DNA of 64,000 nt from Hyphomonadaceae bacterium (GCA_044224605.1 JBGAKC010000026.1:3973-67972); one strand, 5' to 3'; counted from the first letter of the stretch, positions 1 to 11,424 are shown. Translations and numbers: made by a program. The notes: generated by a model not told the origin, from the sequence alone.

Positions 1-1270
<1,270 letters not shown>

Positions 1271-1387
1271 GGCGCGTTCGGCTTCCTTCGTGTTCGTTGT
1301 GATCTCCGTCGCGCCTTGAGGGCGCGATGGATTTCACAAAGGAACGAAGGGAGTAGCGCCCAGACCGGCGGCAATCGTGGGGCGGCT

Positions 1388-2185
1388 CTAGAACCCGCCC
1401 GGCGTCGTCTTCAGGAAGGCCTTTTCGGCGCTGCTCGACGTCCGTCCCAGCATCGCATTGCGGTGCGGGAAGCGGCCGAACTTCTGGATCACCTTGGCAT
1501 GGCGCTTCGCGAAATCGAGCGCGGCGGCGAACTGTTCCTTGTGCTCCGGCTCGCACTGCTCCAGCAGCTCGGTGAATTTCTCCACGCTGCGCCGCTGATC
1601 AGTCGACGATTCCGAATGCTCGAAGGGCATGTAGAGGAACCAGCGCTCTACCGGTTTCAGCTTCATGTCCTCGCCCGTCGCGATGGCGTCGCGCGCCAGC
1701 TCCAGCGCGATATGATCGTTCTCGAACGCCGCCGCCGTGCCGCGGAAGATGTTGCGGCTGAACTGGTCCAGCGCGATCACCGCCGCCAGCCGCTCGCGCG
1801 GTCCCGCCATCGCCCACCGGTAAGCCTCGCCCGAGGCCAGTTTCGCGACGATGCCGGAAAAGCGGTTGGCGATGATGCGGTCCAGCTCGAACCCGCCGCC
1901 GAACCACAGCGTCATGCGGTCTTCCATCGCCGCCGGCCGTTCCGCCGCATAGCCGAACCAGTAATGCAGGATCGTGCCCGCCGTCTCCTCGACGTCGAAG
2001 CGCGTGTAGGCCAGGCTGTAAGGATCCTCGTCGCCGAATTCGATCTGCGTGGGCGCAAGGTTGCGACGCCGCAGCCAGTCTTCGCGCTGGCTGAACTCCG
2101 GGATCGCCGGGCCGGGCAGGGGCGCTTGCGGCGCTGAGGCGACGCCTTCGAGGTCGTCGATGAAGATGCGGCCGTTCTCCGGCAT
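1388..2185 (-). CDS. DUF924 family protein
   Basis: Motifs HYWFG, LDQFSRNIFRGT and WFLYMPFEHSE are typical of DUF924. The start was set at the second Met (2185) to avoid overlap with the ubiG stop. The N-terminus is uncertain. Confidence 0.78.
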   Translation of the reverse strand: MPENGRIFIDDLEGVASAPQAPLPGPAIPEFSQREDWLRRRNLAPTQIEFGDEDPYSLAYTRFDVEETAGTILHYWFGYAAERPAAMEDRMTLWFGGGFELDRIIANRFSGIVAKLASGEAYRWAMAGPRERLAAVIALDQFSRNIFRGTAAAFENDHIALELARDAIATGEDMKLKPVERWFLYMPFEHSESSTDQRRSVEKFTELLEQCEPEHKEQFAAALDFAKRHAKVIQKFGRFPHRNAMLGRTSSSAEKAFLKTTPGGF

Positions 2186-2195
2186 CCGTCGTCCG

Positions 2196-2972
2196 TCAGT
2201 CTTTTGGACGTTCTCCGACAAGCATGTAGTTGACGGAGGCATCCTTGGTTAAACTCCAGCGACCCGAAAGCGGCGAGAATGAGACGCCGACCGCCTCCCG
2301 CACAGCAAGACCGGCGCCGGTCATCGCGGCGCGCGCCTCGTCCGGCGTAACGAACTTGCTCCACTCATGCGTCCCCGGCGGCAGCCAGCGCAGCACATGC
2401 TCCGCCCCCACCACCGCCAGCGCGAACGCCTTCGCGGTACGGTTAAGCGTCGCCATGATCATCAGCCCGCCCGGCGCCACCAGGCTCGCGCAGTCGGCGA
2501 GGAACTGCGCAGGGTCCGCCACGTGCTCCACCACTTCCAGCGCCAGCACGATGTCGAACTTCGGCTCGCCGCCATGGATCAGGCCTTCGACCGTTCCCAC
2601 CCGGTAGTCGACGTCCACATGCACCTGGTCGGCGTGAACCATCGCCGCCTTGATGTTCTTGTCGCCCGCGTCAATGCCGACGGCATGCGCCCCCAGCCGG
2701 GCCATCGGCTCGGTCACCAGCCCGCCGCCGCAGCCCGCGTCGAGCAGTCGCAGCCCTTCCAGCGGCCTCCGGCTGTCCCCGTCCAGCCCGAAATGGGCCA
2801 CCGCCGTATCGCGGATGAAGGTCAGCCTTACCGGGTTGAACTTGTGGAGGGGAGCGAACTTGCCCGTAGGCGACCACCAGTCCGCAGCCATTGCCCGGAA
2901 CTTGTCGATTTCGGCCGGATCGACGCTGGGCGCCTCCGGTATGCTCTCGTCGCGAACAAGGGTCTTGCCCAT
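2196..2972 (-). CDS. ubiG: Ubiquinone biosynthesis O-methyltransferase UbiG
   Basis: 258 aa with the class I SAM-MTase motif LLDAGCGGGLVTEPMARLGA. The UbiG-like N-terminus (WWSPTGKFAPLHKFNPVR) and C-terminus (HEWSKFVTPDE) are present. Confidence 0.92.
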   Translation of the reverse strand: MGKTLVRDESIPEAPSVDPAEIDKFRAMAADWWSPTGKFAPLHKFNPVRLTFIRDTAVAHFGLDGDSRRPLEGLRLLDAGCGGGLVTEPMARLGAHAVGIDAGDKNIKAAMVHADQVHVDVDYRVGTVEGLIHGGEPKFDIVLALEVVEHVADPAQFLADCASLVAPGGLMIMATLNRTAKAFALAVVGAEHVLRWLPPGTHEWSKFVTPDEARAAMTGAGLAVREAVGVSFSPLSGRWSLTKDASVNYMLVGERPKD

Positions 2973-3133
2973 TGGGTAACTTCGCTTATTGCGTCAGCCG
3001 ACTGGTCCCGGCCTTGCGACAGATGTCGTTCGCCGGGGGTGGGAGGTCAATGCGGCTGCTCCGGAATGGTTCTGGAGAAGCCCGGCCGATCGCCTGCCGG
3101 TTGACGGAATTAGCAGGGCTGGAAGCCGCGTAC

Positions 3134-4384
3134 ATGAATCGCCTGGTGATGAAATTCGGCGGGACTTCGGTTGCGAACCTCGAGCGCATTGCGCACGTGG
3201 CCGACATCGTCGCCGCGCGCCGCGCTGAGACCCGCGCCATCGCCGTCGTCGTCTCCGCCATGTCGGGCACAACCAACCAGCTCGTCGAATGGACGCGCGG
3301 CGCCGCCGGCCCCGACCTGCACGGCGCCGACTATGACGACGAATACGACGTCGTCGTCGCCTCGGGCGAACAGGTCACCTGCGGGCTCCTCGCCCTCGCG
3401 CTCCGTCGCAAGGGTCTCAAGGCCCGCTCCTGGCTCGGTTGGCAGCTGAAACTCAAGACCGACGAAGCGCACGGCAAGGCCCGCATCATGGGTTGCGACA
3501 ACCCGGACTTCCTGCGCTCGGTCGATAGCGGAGAGATCGCCGTTGTCGCCGGCTTCCAGGGCGTCGACGAGCACGGCCGCGTTTCCACGCTCGGCCGCGG
3601 CGGTTCGGACACGTCCGCCGTCGCCGTCGCCGCGGCGTTGAAGGCGTCGCTGTGCGACATCTACACCGACGTCGACGGCGTCTACACGACGGACCCGCGC
3701 ATCACGCCGAAGGCGCGCCGTCTTGAAAAGATTTCCTACGAGGAGATGCTGGAGCTCGCGTCGCTGGGCGCGAAAGTCCTCCAGACCCGCTCGGTCGAGC
3801 TTGCGATGAACCATCGCGTGCCCGTGCGCGTCCTCTCTTCATTTGAAGGCCCGGTGCCTTCGCCCAATACCGGTACGCTCGTATGCGATGAGGAACAGAT
3901 CGTGGAAAAGCAGGTTGTCAGCGGCGTCGCCTACTCGCGGGACGAGGCCAAGTTCACCCTGATCGGCGTGGAAGATCATCCGGGCGTCGCCGCCACCATC
4001 TTCGGCGCGCTCGCCGATGCGGGCGTCAACGTCGACATGATCGTGCAGGCGTCCGCCAAGACGGAAGGCCGCCAGAACATCGTGTTCACCTGCCCGGACC
4101 GCGACGCCGCCCACGCCAAGGCCGTTCTCGAAAAGCTCAACGGCAGCGTCGGCTACGAAAACCTCAGCGTCGATCGCAACGTGGCGAAAGTTTCGGTCAT
4201 CGGCGTCGGCATGCGCAGCCACGCAGGTGTCGCCAAGACGATGTTCCAGGCGCTGTCCTCGAAAGGCATCAACATCCAGGTCATCTCGACCTCGGAGATC
4301 AAGATCTCCGTCCTGATCGACGCGAGCTACACTGAGCTTGCGGTGCGCGCGCTGCACACGGCCTACGGCCTCGACGCGGACTGA
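3134..4384 (+). CDS. lysC: Aspartate kinase
   Basis: MNRLVMKFGGTSVANLERI is the canonical N-terminus, with tandem ACT domains at the C-terminus. The track ORF begins at 2891, but homology begins at the Met at 3134. Confidence 0.93.
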   Translation: MNRLVMKFGGTSVANLERIAHVADIVAARRAETRAIAVVVSAMSGTTNQLVEWTRGAAGPDLHGADYDDEYDVVVASGEQVTCGLLALALRRKGLKARSWLGWQLKLKTDEAHGKARIMGCDNPDFLRSVDSGEIAVVAGFQGVDEHGRVSTLGRGGSDTSAVAVAAALKASLCDIYTDVDGVYTTDPRITPKARRLEKISYEEMLELASLGAKVLQTRSVELAMNHRVPVRVLSSFEGPVPSPNTGTLVCDEEQIVEKQVVSGVAYSRDEAKFTLIGVEDHPGVAATIFGALADAGVNVDMIVQASAKTEGRQNIVFTCPDRDAAHAKAVLEKLNGSVGYENLSVDRNVAKVSVIGVGMRSHAGVAKTMFQALSSKGINIQVISTSEIKISVLIDASYTELAVRALHTAYGLDAD

Positions 4385-4583
4385 GCGTCACCGGCAAGTA
4401 CGCCCTCATGGTGCGACGGACGCTGCCTTTGGCGGCTGCTCATCATGAGGCGTACCCACCGGAAAAGCGTATCCACCCCTGCACAACCCGCGTTGGCAGG
4501 ACTATTTTTTCCCAATCTTGCACATGGAATGACGTCCGCCGCGTAATCCGCTAAAGCGCAGGTCAGAAGCAGTCGGGTCCCAC

Positions 4584-6878
4584 GTGAGCGAACGCGGCAA
4601 ATCAGGAGAAAAGGGCGGATCGCCGCCGCGCCCGCCGGGAGGCGGGGACGCGGGCGCGAAGCTATTGCTCTCCCGCCTGCGCGCCCTCATGGCCAACCAG
4701 GCGCAGGACCCCAAGCGCCTCGACCGGGTGGTGGAGCTGATCGCCAACACCATGGTGGCGGACGTCTGTTCGATCTACCTCAAGACCGAGGATGAAAGCC
4801 TCCTCCTGATGGCCACCCGCGGCCTCCTCCCGGAAGCCGTCGGCCGAACCCGGATGAAGGAGAATGAGGGTCTCGTCGGCCTCGTCTCGGCCACGGCCCG
4901 GCCCCTGCGCCTGACGGACGCCTTCTCCCACCCGCGCTTCTCCTACCGGCCCGAAACCGGCGAAGACCCGTTCCACTCCTTCCTCGGCGTGCCGATCCTG
5001 CGCGGCGGCCGCGTCCTCGGCGTGCTGGTCGTCCAGAATCGCACTGAACGCGCCTATGACGACGAGGAGGCCGAAGCCCTCCAGACTGTCGCAATGGTGC
5101 TGGCTGAACTGGTCGCCGCCGCCGCTGACACGCTCAGCGCCGGCCTGCGCCAGACGCGTCCTGTCGAACTCCACGGCCGCACCCTCAACGAAGGCCTCGC
5201 GACCGGCCGCGTTCATCTCTACGATCCCGTCGTTCCGCCCACCCAGCTCTTCGCCGCCGACCCGGAAGAGGAAGAACACCGCCTCAACGACGCGCTCGAG
5301 GCCCTGCGCGCCTCGATCGACGCCATGCTCACCCGCGCGGGCCCCGTCCTCTTCGGCGAAAGCCGCGATGTGCTCGAAACCTACCGTCTCTTCGCACATG
5401 ACCCGAGCTGGGAAGCCCGCCTGGTCGAGGCCGTCCGGCAAGGTCTCTCCGCCGCCGCCGCCGTCGATCGCGTCCGCCGCGAACACCGCGCTCGGATCGA
5501 AAGCGCCCGCGACAGCCTCGTGCGCGAACGCCTGCACGACCTCGAAGATCTCGAGAACCGTCTCCTGCGTACGCTGAACGGCGATGATGGTGGTCGCGAA
5601 GCCCCCGAAGGCTCCGTCCTCGTCGCCAGCCGGATCGGTCCCGCCGAACTGCTGGAATACCGCGATAGCGGCCTTGCCGCGATCGTGCTGGAGGAAGCTG
5701 GCGCCGGCTCGCACGCCGCCATCGTGGCTCGCGCCATTGGCGTACCGGCCGTCGGCGGTCTCGCCGGCCTCGTCACGCGGGCGGAGCAGGGCGATCTGAT
5801 GATCGTCGATGGCGAGAACGGGTCGGTCTACATCCGTCCCGAAGCCGAGCTGGTCACCAGCTTCCACGCCCGCATGGCCCTGTCCGAACAGAAGCAGGCC
5901 GAACTCTCCCTGCTGCGCGACAAGCCGGCCACATCGATCGACGGCGTCGAAATCGACCTTTTTATCAACGCCGGCCTTTCCTTCGACCTCGATCACCTCG
6001 ACGAGGTCGGCGCCAAGGGCGTCGGCCTGTTCCGCACTGAATTCCAGTTCATGGCGTCCGAAACGATGCCTGGCCTTGACGAGCAGGCGACCTTCTACAA
6101 GTCGATCATCGAGCGGGCAGGCGACCGCCCCGTCACCTTCCGCACGATCGATCTCGGCGGCGACAAGATCGCCCCCTTCATGGGTCGCCGTGAAAGGGAG
6201 GAGAACCCGGCCCTGGGCTGGCGCGCCCTGCGCATGGCGCTCGACCATCCGTTCTTCTTCCGCCGCCAGCTCCGCGCCCTGATCCGCGCCTCCCGCGGCA
6301 AGACGCTTCGCCTGATGTTCCCCATGGTCACCACTGTGGAGGAGTTCGAGGCCGCCCGCCGTCTTCTCGACAGTGAAATGGAATGGGCCATCAAGTTCGG
6401 CCGCGACCTGCCCAACAAGCTGCAGGTCGGCGCCATGGTCGAAACCCCCTCGCTGGCCTTCTCGATCGACAGCCTCAAGGGCAAGGCCGACTTCCTGTCC
6501 GTCGGCACCAACGACCTGATGCAGTTCTTCTTCGCCTCGGACCGGGACAATGCCCGTCTTTCCGGCCGTTATGACATCCTGTCCCTCCCGGCCATGCGGC
6601 TCCTCCAGCGCATGCGCCAGCGCGCCGGCGACGCCAATCTGCCGATAACCATCTGCGGCGAGGCGGCGGGCCGCCCTCTGGAGGCGCTGGCCCTGATTGC
6701 TCTGGGTTATCGCAAGCTCTCCATGCAGGCCTCCCGGATCGCCCCGATGAAGCTGCTGGTTCGTTCCGTCGACGTGTCGAGGCTGGCGCCCCGCGTGCAG
6801 GCGGCCATGGACGCCGGCGAGCAATCACTGCGCGCCACAATGATGGCCGCGGGAGCTGAGTTCGGCGTGAAGATTTAG
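4584..6878 (+). CDS. ptsP: Phosphoenolpyruvate-protein phosphotransferase PtsP (EI-Ntr, GAF + EI domains)
   Basis: N-terminal GAF domain (VCSIYLK...LLLMATRGL...GLVG) followed by a PEP-utilising enzyme core (GSHAAIVARAIGVPAV, GVGLFRTEFQFM, SVGTNDLMQF). GTG start. Confidence 0.9.
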   Translation: MSERGKSGEKGGSPPRPPGGGDAGAKLLLSRLRALMANQAQDPKRLDRVVELIANTMVADVCSIYLKTEDESLLLMATRGLLPEAVGRTRMKENEGLVGLVSATARPLRLTDAFSHPRFSYRPETGEDPFHSFLGVPILRGGRVLGVLVVQNRTERAYDDEEAEALQTVAMVLAELVAAAADTLSAGLRQTRPVELHGRTLNEGLATGRVHLYDPVVPPTQLFAADPEEEEHRLNDALEALRASIDAMLTRAGPVLFGESRDVLETYRLFAHDPSWEARLVEAVRQGLSAAAAVDRVRREHRARIESARDSLVRERLHDLEDLENRLLRTLNGDDGGREAPEGSVLVASRIGPAELLEYRDSGLAAIVLEEAGAGSHAAIVARAIGVPAVGGLAGLVTRAEQGDLMIVDGENGSVYIRPEAELVTSFHARMALSEQKQAELSLLRDKPATSIDGVEIDLFINAGLSFDLDHLDEVGAKGVGLFRTEFQFMASETMPGLDEQATFYKSIIERAGDRPVTFRTIDLGGDKIAPFMGRREREENPALGWRALRMALDHPFFFRRQLRALIRASRGKTLRLMFPMVTTVEEFEAARRLLDSEMEWAIKFGRDLPNKLQVGAMVETPSLAFSIDSLKGKADFLSVGTNDLMQFFFASDRDNARLSGRYDILSLPAMRLLQRMRQRAGDANLPITICGEAAGRPLEALALIALGYRKLSMQASRIAPMKLLVRSVDVSRLAPRVQAAMDAGEQSLRATMMAAGAEFGVKI

Positions 6879-6999
6879 GAAGATTAACATTGTAGCCCCA
6901 GTCCTGCCGCCTTAACTTCGTAATCACTTGTTAGGGCGGTGGGCGTAAGGCGGAACGGTAAGTCCAGAGGGACATTGCCCTTCCGTTTCGGACAGTAAA

Positions 7000-8202
7000 A
7001 TGAGCGGCGTGGCCAAAGACGACACCAACCCCACTCAGCCCACCGATGAAACGGTTTCAGCCGCCGGCGCAGCCGAGGCCGGACACTCTGAGAACCAGGC
7101 ATCCGAAGCTGAAGCGCGCAATGCGCGCCGCAACGCCCCGCACCTCCGCGTGGTGACTGACAACGTATCCGAATTCACCGCCCCGGCCATCGCCGACGGC
7201 CCGCACCTCCGCATCGGCGCCGTGATGCGCGCCGCGCGCGAGAATGGCGGCTACTCGCTCGACCAGGTCTCGAAGGAGACCCGCGTCCACCTCTCGCACC
7301 TCCGCGCCATCGAGGACATGACGCCGAACCTTCTCGGCGCCCCCGTCTACGCGAAGGGCTACATCAAGACCTATGCCCGCTTCCTCGGCATGGACGAGCA
7401 AACCACGCTCGACCGCTACCTGTCCGAGTGCGCGATCCTCAAGGATCCCGAGAAGCAGGAAATCGCCCCGCCGGCCTCGTCGAAGGCCCGCAAGCTGCCG
7501 GTCGCGATCCCGGTGCTCGGCATCCTGATCGTGGCTCTCGTCGCCGGCGGCGCCTTCGTTCTCCTTTCGAGCGGCGACAAGCAGGCGCCGGTCGCCGGCG
7601 AGCCGACCACTACCGCCGGGCTCACCGCCGGAGACGGCGCCGCCGATCCCACCGCCGTCATCGGCCAGCGCCTGCGCCTCGTCGCGCTGCGCTCCGGTTC
7701 GGTCGAGGTCCGCTCGTCCAAGGGCGACAAGTACGTCCACCGCGACTTCATCGCGGGCGAAGCTTACTCCGTGCGCGTCGGCGCCGGTTGGACCGTCTCC
7801 GTCAATGACGGCTCGGCCTTCGAATGGCGCCTTGGCGACCAGTCGCTAGGCCTGCTGCAGCCCGAAGGGGGGCCGGTCTACTCGCAGAGCGTCGATCTCG
7901 CCGCGCAACGCACGCCCATCGTCACCGAACCGGTGATCGATCCGAACGCCGTTCTCGAAACGCCGGACCCGGCCGCCGCGGCCTATCCGTCGACCACGAT
8001 CACGCCACCCACGACGACGACTTCGCCCACGACGACGACTCCGCCCGCGGCCCCGCGCGCCAACCCTGCGCCGGCCAAGCCGAAGCCCAAGCCCACGGTC
8101 ACGCCCCCAGCCGCAGCGGCTCAGCCTCCGGCCCAGCAGCCGCAGGCCCAGACGCCGCCGCCTGCGCGCGATCCGGCCCTGGCCGCCTATCCCGGCCAGT
8201 AA
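7000..8202 (+). CDS. RodZ-like HTH (XRE) / DUF4115 membrane protein with Pro/Thr/Ala-rich tail
   Basis: HTH segment (GAVMRAARENGGYSLDQVSKETRVHLSHLRAIE), one TM helix (LPVAIPVLGILIVALVAGGAFVLL) and a DUF4115-like beta domain. It sits directly upstream of ispG, as rodZ usually does. Confidence 0.75.
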   Translation: MSGVAKDDTNPTQPTDETVSAAGAAEAGHSENQASEAEARNARRNAPHLRVVTDNVSEFTAPAIADGPHLRIGAVMRAARENGGYSLDQVSKETRVHLSHLRAIEDMTPNLLGAPVYAKGYIKTYARFLGMDEQTTLDRYLSECAILKDPEKQEIAPPASSKARKLPVAIPVLGILIVALVAGGAFVLLSSGDKQAPVAGEPTTTAGLTAGDGAADPTAVIGQRLRLVALRSGSVEVRSSKGDKYVHRDFIAGEAYSVRVGAGWTVSVNDGSAFEWRLGDQSLGLLQPEGGPVYSQSVDLAAQRTPIVTEPVIDPNAVLETPDPAAAAYPSTTITPPTTTTSPTTTTPPAAPRANPAPAKPKPKPTVTPPAAAAQPPAQQPQAQTPPPARDPALAAYPGQ

Positions 8203-8320
8203 TCACGGGCGTTTCGATGAACATACAGCGGCCGCGCGACCTTCCCTCGTGCGGCCGTTGCCTTTACGGCGCACGGTAAAAGCGCCAAATGCTGACTGAC
8301 GGCTGACGAGCGGCGACACC

Positions 8321-9460
8321 ATGAGCCACGACATCAATCACATCCGCCCCTGGCGCACGATCACGCGGCGCCGCTCGCGCAAGATCCGCGTCGGCAATGT
8401 CGAGGTCGGCGGCGACGCCCCGATTTCCGTCCAGTCGATGACCAACACGCCGACCTCGGACGCCAAAGCCACCATCGACCAGATCCGCGGTCTCGAAGAG
8501 GCGGGGGCCGACATCGTTCGCGTCTCATGCCCCGACGAAGACTCCACCGCCGCCATGCCGGAAATCTGCAAGGCCGCGAAGGTCCCGATCGTCGCCGACA
8601 TCCACTTCCACTACAAACGCGGCATCGAAGCCGCGAAGGCCGGCGCCGCCTGCCTCCGGATCAATCCCGGCAACATCGGCAGCCCCGCACGCGTCAAGGA
8701 AGTGATCCAGGCCGCAAAGGATCATGGCTGCTCGATGCGCATCGGCGTCAATGGCGGCAGCCTCGAACGCCACCTGCTGGAGAAGTATGGCGAGCCGTGC
8801 CCCGAGGCGATGGTCGAAAGCGCGCTTGACCACGCGAAGATTCTCGATGACCACGATTTCCGTGAATACAAGATCTCGGTGAAGGCGTCCGATCCCTTCC
8901 TCACCGTAGCCGCCTACCACCAGCTCGCCGAAGCCACCGACGCGCCGCTCCATCTCGGCGTCACCGAAGCCGGCGGGCTTCGTACGGGAACCGTCAAGTC
9001 CGCCATAGGCATCGGCTCGCTGCTCTGGGCCGGCATCGGCGACACGATCCGCGTCTCGCTTTCGGCCGAACCGGTCGAGGAGATCAAGGCCGGCTTCGAA
9101 ATCCTGAAATCGCTCGGCCTGCGCACGCGCGGCGTGAACATCATCGCGTGCCCCAGCTGCGCCCGTCAGGGCTTCGATGTCATCCGCACGGTCGAAACGC
9201 TCGAACAGCGCCTCGCCCACATCTCCGAGCCGATCTCGCTTTCCATCATCGGCTGCGTCGTCAACGGCCCCGGTGAAGCCGCCATGACTGACCTCGGCTT
9301 CACTGGCGGCGGCAAGGACGCCGGCATGATGTACGTCGCGGGCAAGCCTGACCACAAAGTCTCCAACACCGAAATGATCGACCGTATCGTCGCCCAGGTC
9401 GAAGCAAGAGCAGCTGTGCTCCGCGCCGCAAAGAAGGCGGCGAGCCGCGCGGCGGAGTAA
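8321..9460 (+). CDS. ispG: 4-hydroxy-3-methylbut-2-en-1-yl diphosphate synthase (flavodoxin) IspG
   Basis: 379 aa with [21 protein letters not shown] and the cluster cysteines [10 protein letters not shown] ... [11 protein letters not shown]. Confidence 0.95.
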   Translation: MSHDINHIRPWRTITRRRSRKIRVGNVEVGGDAPISVQSMTNTPTSDAKATIDQIRGLEEAGADIVRVSCPDEDSTAAMPEICKAAKVPIVADIHFHYKRGIEAAKAGAACLRINPGNIGSPARVKEVIQAAKDHGCSMRIGVNGGSLERHLLEKYGEPCPEAMVESALDHAKILDDHDFREYKISVKASDPFLTVAAYHQLAEATDAPLHLGVTEAGGLRTGTVKSAIGIGSLLWAGIGDTIRVSLSAEPVEEIKAGFEILKSLGLRTRGVNIIACPSCARQGFDVIRTVETLEQRLAHISEPISLSIIGCVVNGPGEAAMTDLGFTGGGKDAGMMYVAGKPDHKVSNTEMIDRIVAQVEARAAVLRAAKKAASRAAE

Positions 9461-9463
9461 GGT

Positions 9464-9997
9464 CTACACCTTCTCGCTGATCCGGATCGCCGCCCGGCAG
9501 CCGAAGCGAATCAGCGCCGACAGGATCGGATAACCCGGCGCCTGCGCCGCGCCTTCCGACGCCGCCAGCTCTTTGTGTGCGACTTCCTCGGCCTGGAACT
9601 TGGCCATGCGCGCCGCCAGCTCGGTCTCGCCCGCGGCCTCGAGTTCGGTGACCTGATCGCCGTAATGCTCCTCGATCACGGTCTCGACCGCCTCGGTGCA
9701 GGCGTGCGCGGCCTTTTCTCCGAGGAGCGCCGTGGCGGCTCCCAGCGCAAAGCCCGCCACATTCCACACCGGCGACAGCGCCGTCGGCCGCACGCTCCCG
9801 GCGTTGAGCAGCTTGTCGAAGGCGTCGAGGTGTTCCTCCTCCTGCCCCGCCATCTCCTTCAGCTGTTTGGTGATCCGCTCGCGCCCATGCTGCCGCTCGA
9901 ACACGGCCAGCTGTCCGCGATAGATCGCGACCGCGCCATACTCGCCGGCATGGTCGACGCGCAGCATCTCCTGACGGCGGTTCGATGAGAGTGTCAC
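9464..9997 (-). CDS. coq7: Demethoxyubiquinone hydroxylase family protein (Coq7)
   Basis: Di-iron carboxylate motifs (RVDHAGEYGAVAIYRGQ, EEEHL, TEAVETVIEEHY). The GTG start at 9997 overlaps the dsbB stop as GTGA. The longer track ORF (to 10153) would overlap dsbB. Confidence 0.87.
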   Translation of the reverse strand: MTLSSNRRQEMLRVDHAGEYGAVAIYRGQLAVFERQHGRERITKQLKEMAGQEEEHLDAFDKLLNAGSVRPTALSPVWNVAGFALGAATALLGEKAAHACTEAVETVIEEHYGDQVTELEAAGETELAARMAKFQAEEVAHKELAASEGAAQAPGYPILSALIRFGCRAAIRISEKV

Positions 9998-10551
9998 GGC
10001 TGCACCGGTTCGTTGGCGGTGTCGGCGCGCACCGGTGGCTGCGTCGCCGCATAGAAGCTCAGCCCCGCCAGCGCGATCGAGATCAGGAAGTTCCAGCCCG
10101 CCATGGAGAGACCCCACGGCGCATTCGGCAGTCGCCACATCGCATCCTTGCACGACACGATTGCCTGCGGCTTGGAAAGAAGGTCGGAGAGTTTGGCGCC
10201 TTCCGGAATGCCGGTCGTGCCGACTGCTTCACATCCCTGCGGCCCCGGTGCGAGGCCCCATTCGAACAGCGCATGCCAGCCGCCAATGAACGTCCCCACC
10301 AGGAAGGTCGCACCCAGCAGGATGGAGAACATCATCATGGTCCGCGCGCCGGCGCCGCGCCAGTTGAACACGATGGCGAGAAGGGCGACGCCGCCCGCTG
10401 CGACGTAGACGTAACGCTGCCACCAGCACATCTGGCAGGGCGCGAGGTTCAAGGCATATTCGAAGACGACAAAGGCCGCGCCCAGCACGGCTGCCGACGC
10501 AAGAAGCGCCGCCAGCGGCCATCTCACGCGATCGATCGGCAGCTTGCCCAT
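9994..10551 (-). CDS. dsbB: Disulfide bond formation protein B family
   Basis: 185 aa with four predicted TM helices. First periplasmic Cys pair LAPCQMCWWQRY and second pair (C...C in QGCEAV...IVSCKD). Confidence 0.84.
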   Translation of the reverse strand: MGKLPIDRVRWPLAALLASAAVLGAAFVVFEYALNLAPCQMCWWQRYVYVAAGGVALLAIVFNWRGAGARTMMMFSILLGATFLVGTFIGGWHALFEWGLAPGPQGCEAVGTTGIPEGAKLSDLLSKPQAIVSCKDAMWRLPNAPWGLSMAGWNFLISIALAGLSFYAATQPPVRADTANEPVQP

Positions 10552-10720
10552 GTTTCGACGTTATCCGGGGGCAGGGGGGCGACAATGCGACCAAACGGCA
10601 GTGCCGTTGACGTAACGTTGAAATACCGGGCTGTATCGTGGCGTCTTGTTCAGGTTTCATCTGGCCCGCTGCGTGCTAAGCGCACGGCAGCGATTTGTGC
10701 AGTGCGGGAACAGCCCATCT

Positions 10721-11368
10721 ATGACTGACGCATCCACCATTGCGGAGCCGTCTGCTGCAGCGCCGCATACGCCCAAGGCGAAGGGTCCGTTCGGTGCGCT
10801 CTACAACTGGGTGATCCGCCTGGCCGGCGGCAGACAAGCCGAGCCCGCGCTCTGGGCGGTCTCGTTCGCCGAAAGCTCGTTCTTCCCCATCCCGCCGGAC
10901 GTGATGCTGGCCCCGATGTGCTTCGCCCGGCCGGAACGGTCGTGGCGCTACGCCTTCGGCTGCACCATCGCCTCGGTGCTCGGCGCCATGCTGGGGTATG
11001 CGATCGGTTACTTCCTGTGGGAGGCCGTCGGCTCTCAGATCATCGGCTTCTTCGGTTATGGCGGAAAGGAAGAGGAGCTTCGCGCCTCCTACGCCGCCGC
11101 GGGCGTCTGGATCATATTCATCAAGGGCGTGACGCCCATCCCCTTCAAGCTAGTCACCATCGTGTCCGGCGCGATGGCGTTCAACCTGCCGATCTTCATT
11201 GCGGCCTGCCTCCTCACCCGCGCTGTCCGCTTCTTCCTGGTCGCCTGGCTGTTCAAGACCTTTGGGCCGACACTCGCCCCGGTGATCGAGAAGCGCATCG
11301 GCCTCTTTATGCTGCTCTTCGTGGTGATCCTGGTGGGCGGCTTTGTTGTCGCAGCCATGATTCACTAG
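10721..11368 (+). CDS. YqaA/DedA (SNARE-associated) family membrane protein
   Basis: Motif VSFAESSFFPIPPDVMLAPM and a multi-TM profile. ATG at 10721 chosen; the track ORF starts at 10646. Confidence 0.8.
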   Translation: MTDASTIAEPSAAAPHTPKAKGPFGALYNWVIRLAGGRQAEPALWAVSFAESSFFPIPPDVMLAPMCFARPERSWRYAFGCTIASVLGAMLGYAIGYFLWEAVGSQIIGFFGYGGKEEELRASYAAAGVWIIFIKGVTPIPFKLVTIVSGAMAFNLPIFIAACLLTRAVRFFLVAWLFKTFGPTLAPVIEKRIGLFMLLFVVILVGGFVVAAMIH

Positions 11369-11424
11369 GAATCGCGGTCGGGTTTGAAGAAATTCGATCG
11401 AAATTTCCGCATTCCGTGAACCGG

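Noticed and set aside
2891-3133. N-terminal extensions offered by the ORF track. This applies to lysC 2891, and likewise thyA 25607, TonB receptor 30584, cysK-grx 35973, hflK 44544, ald to 49971 and the hydrolase to 51439.
   Set aside because: Homology and signal peptides begin at internal Met codons that have an RBS. The extensions are Arg/Pro-rich, overlap neighbouring genes or terminators, and look non-coding.
4662-6824. 720-aa ORF on the minus strand
   Set aside because: It lies entirely antisense to ptsP, which has clear domain homology. The product is Gly/Ala/Arg/Val-rich with no motifs. This is the typical mirror-frame artefact of high-GC coding DNA.
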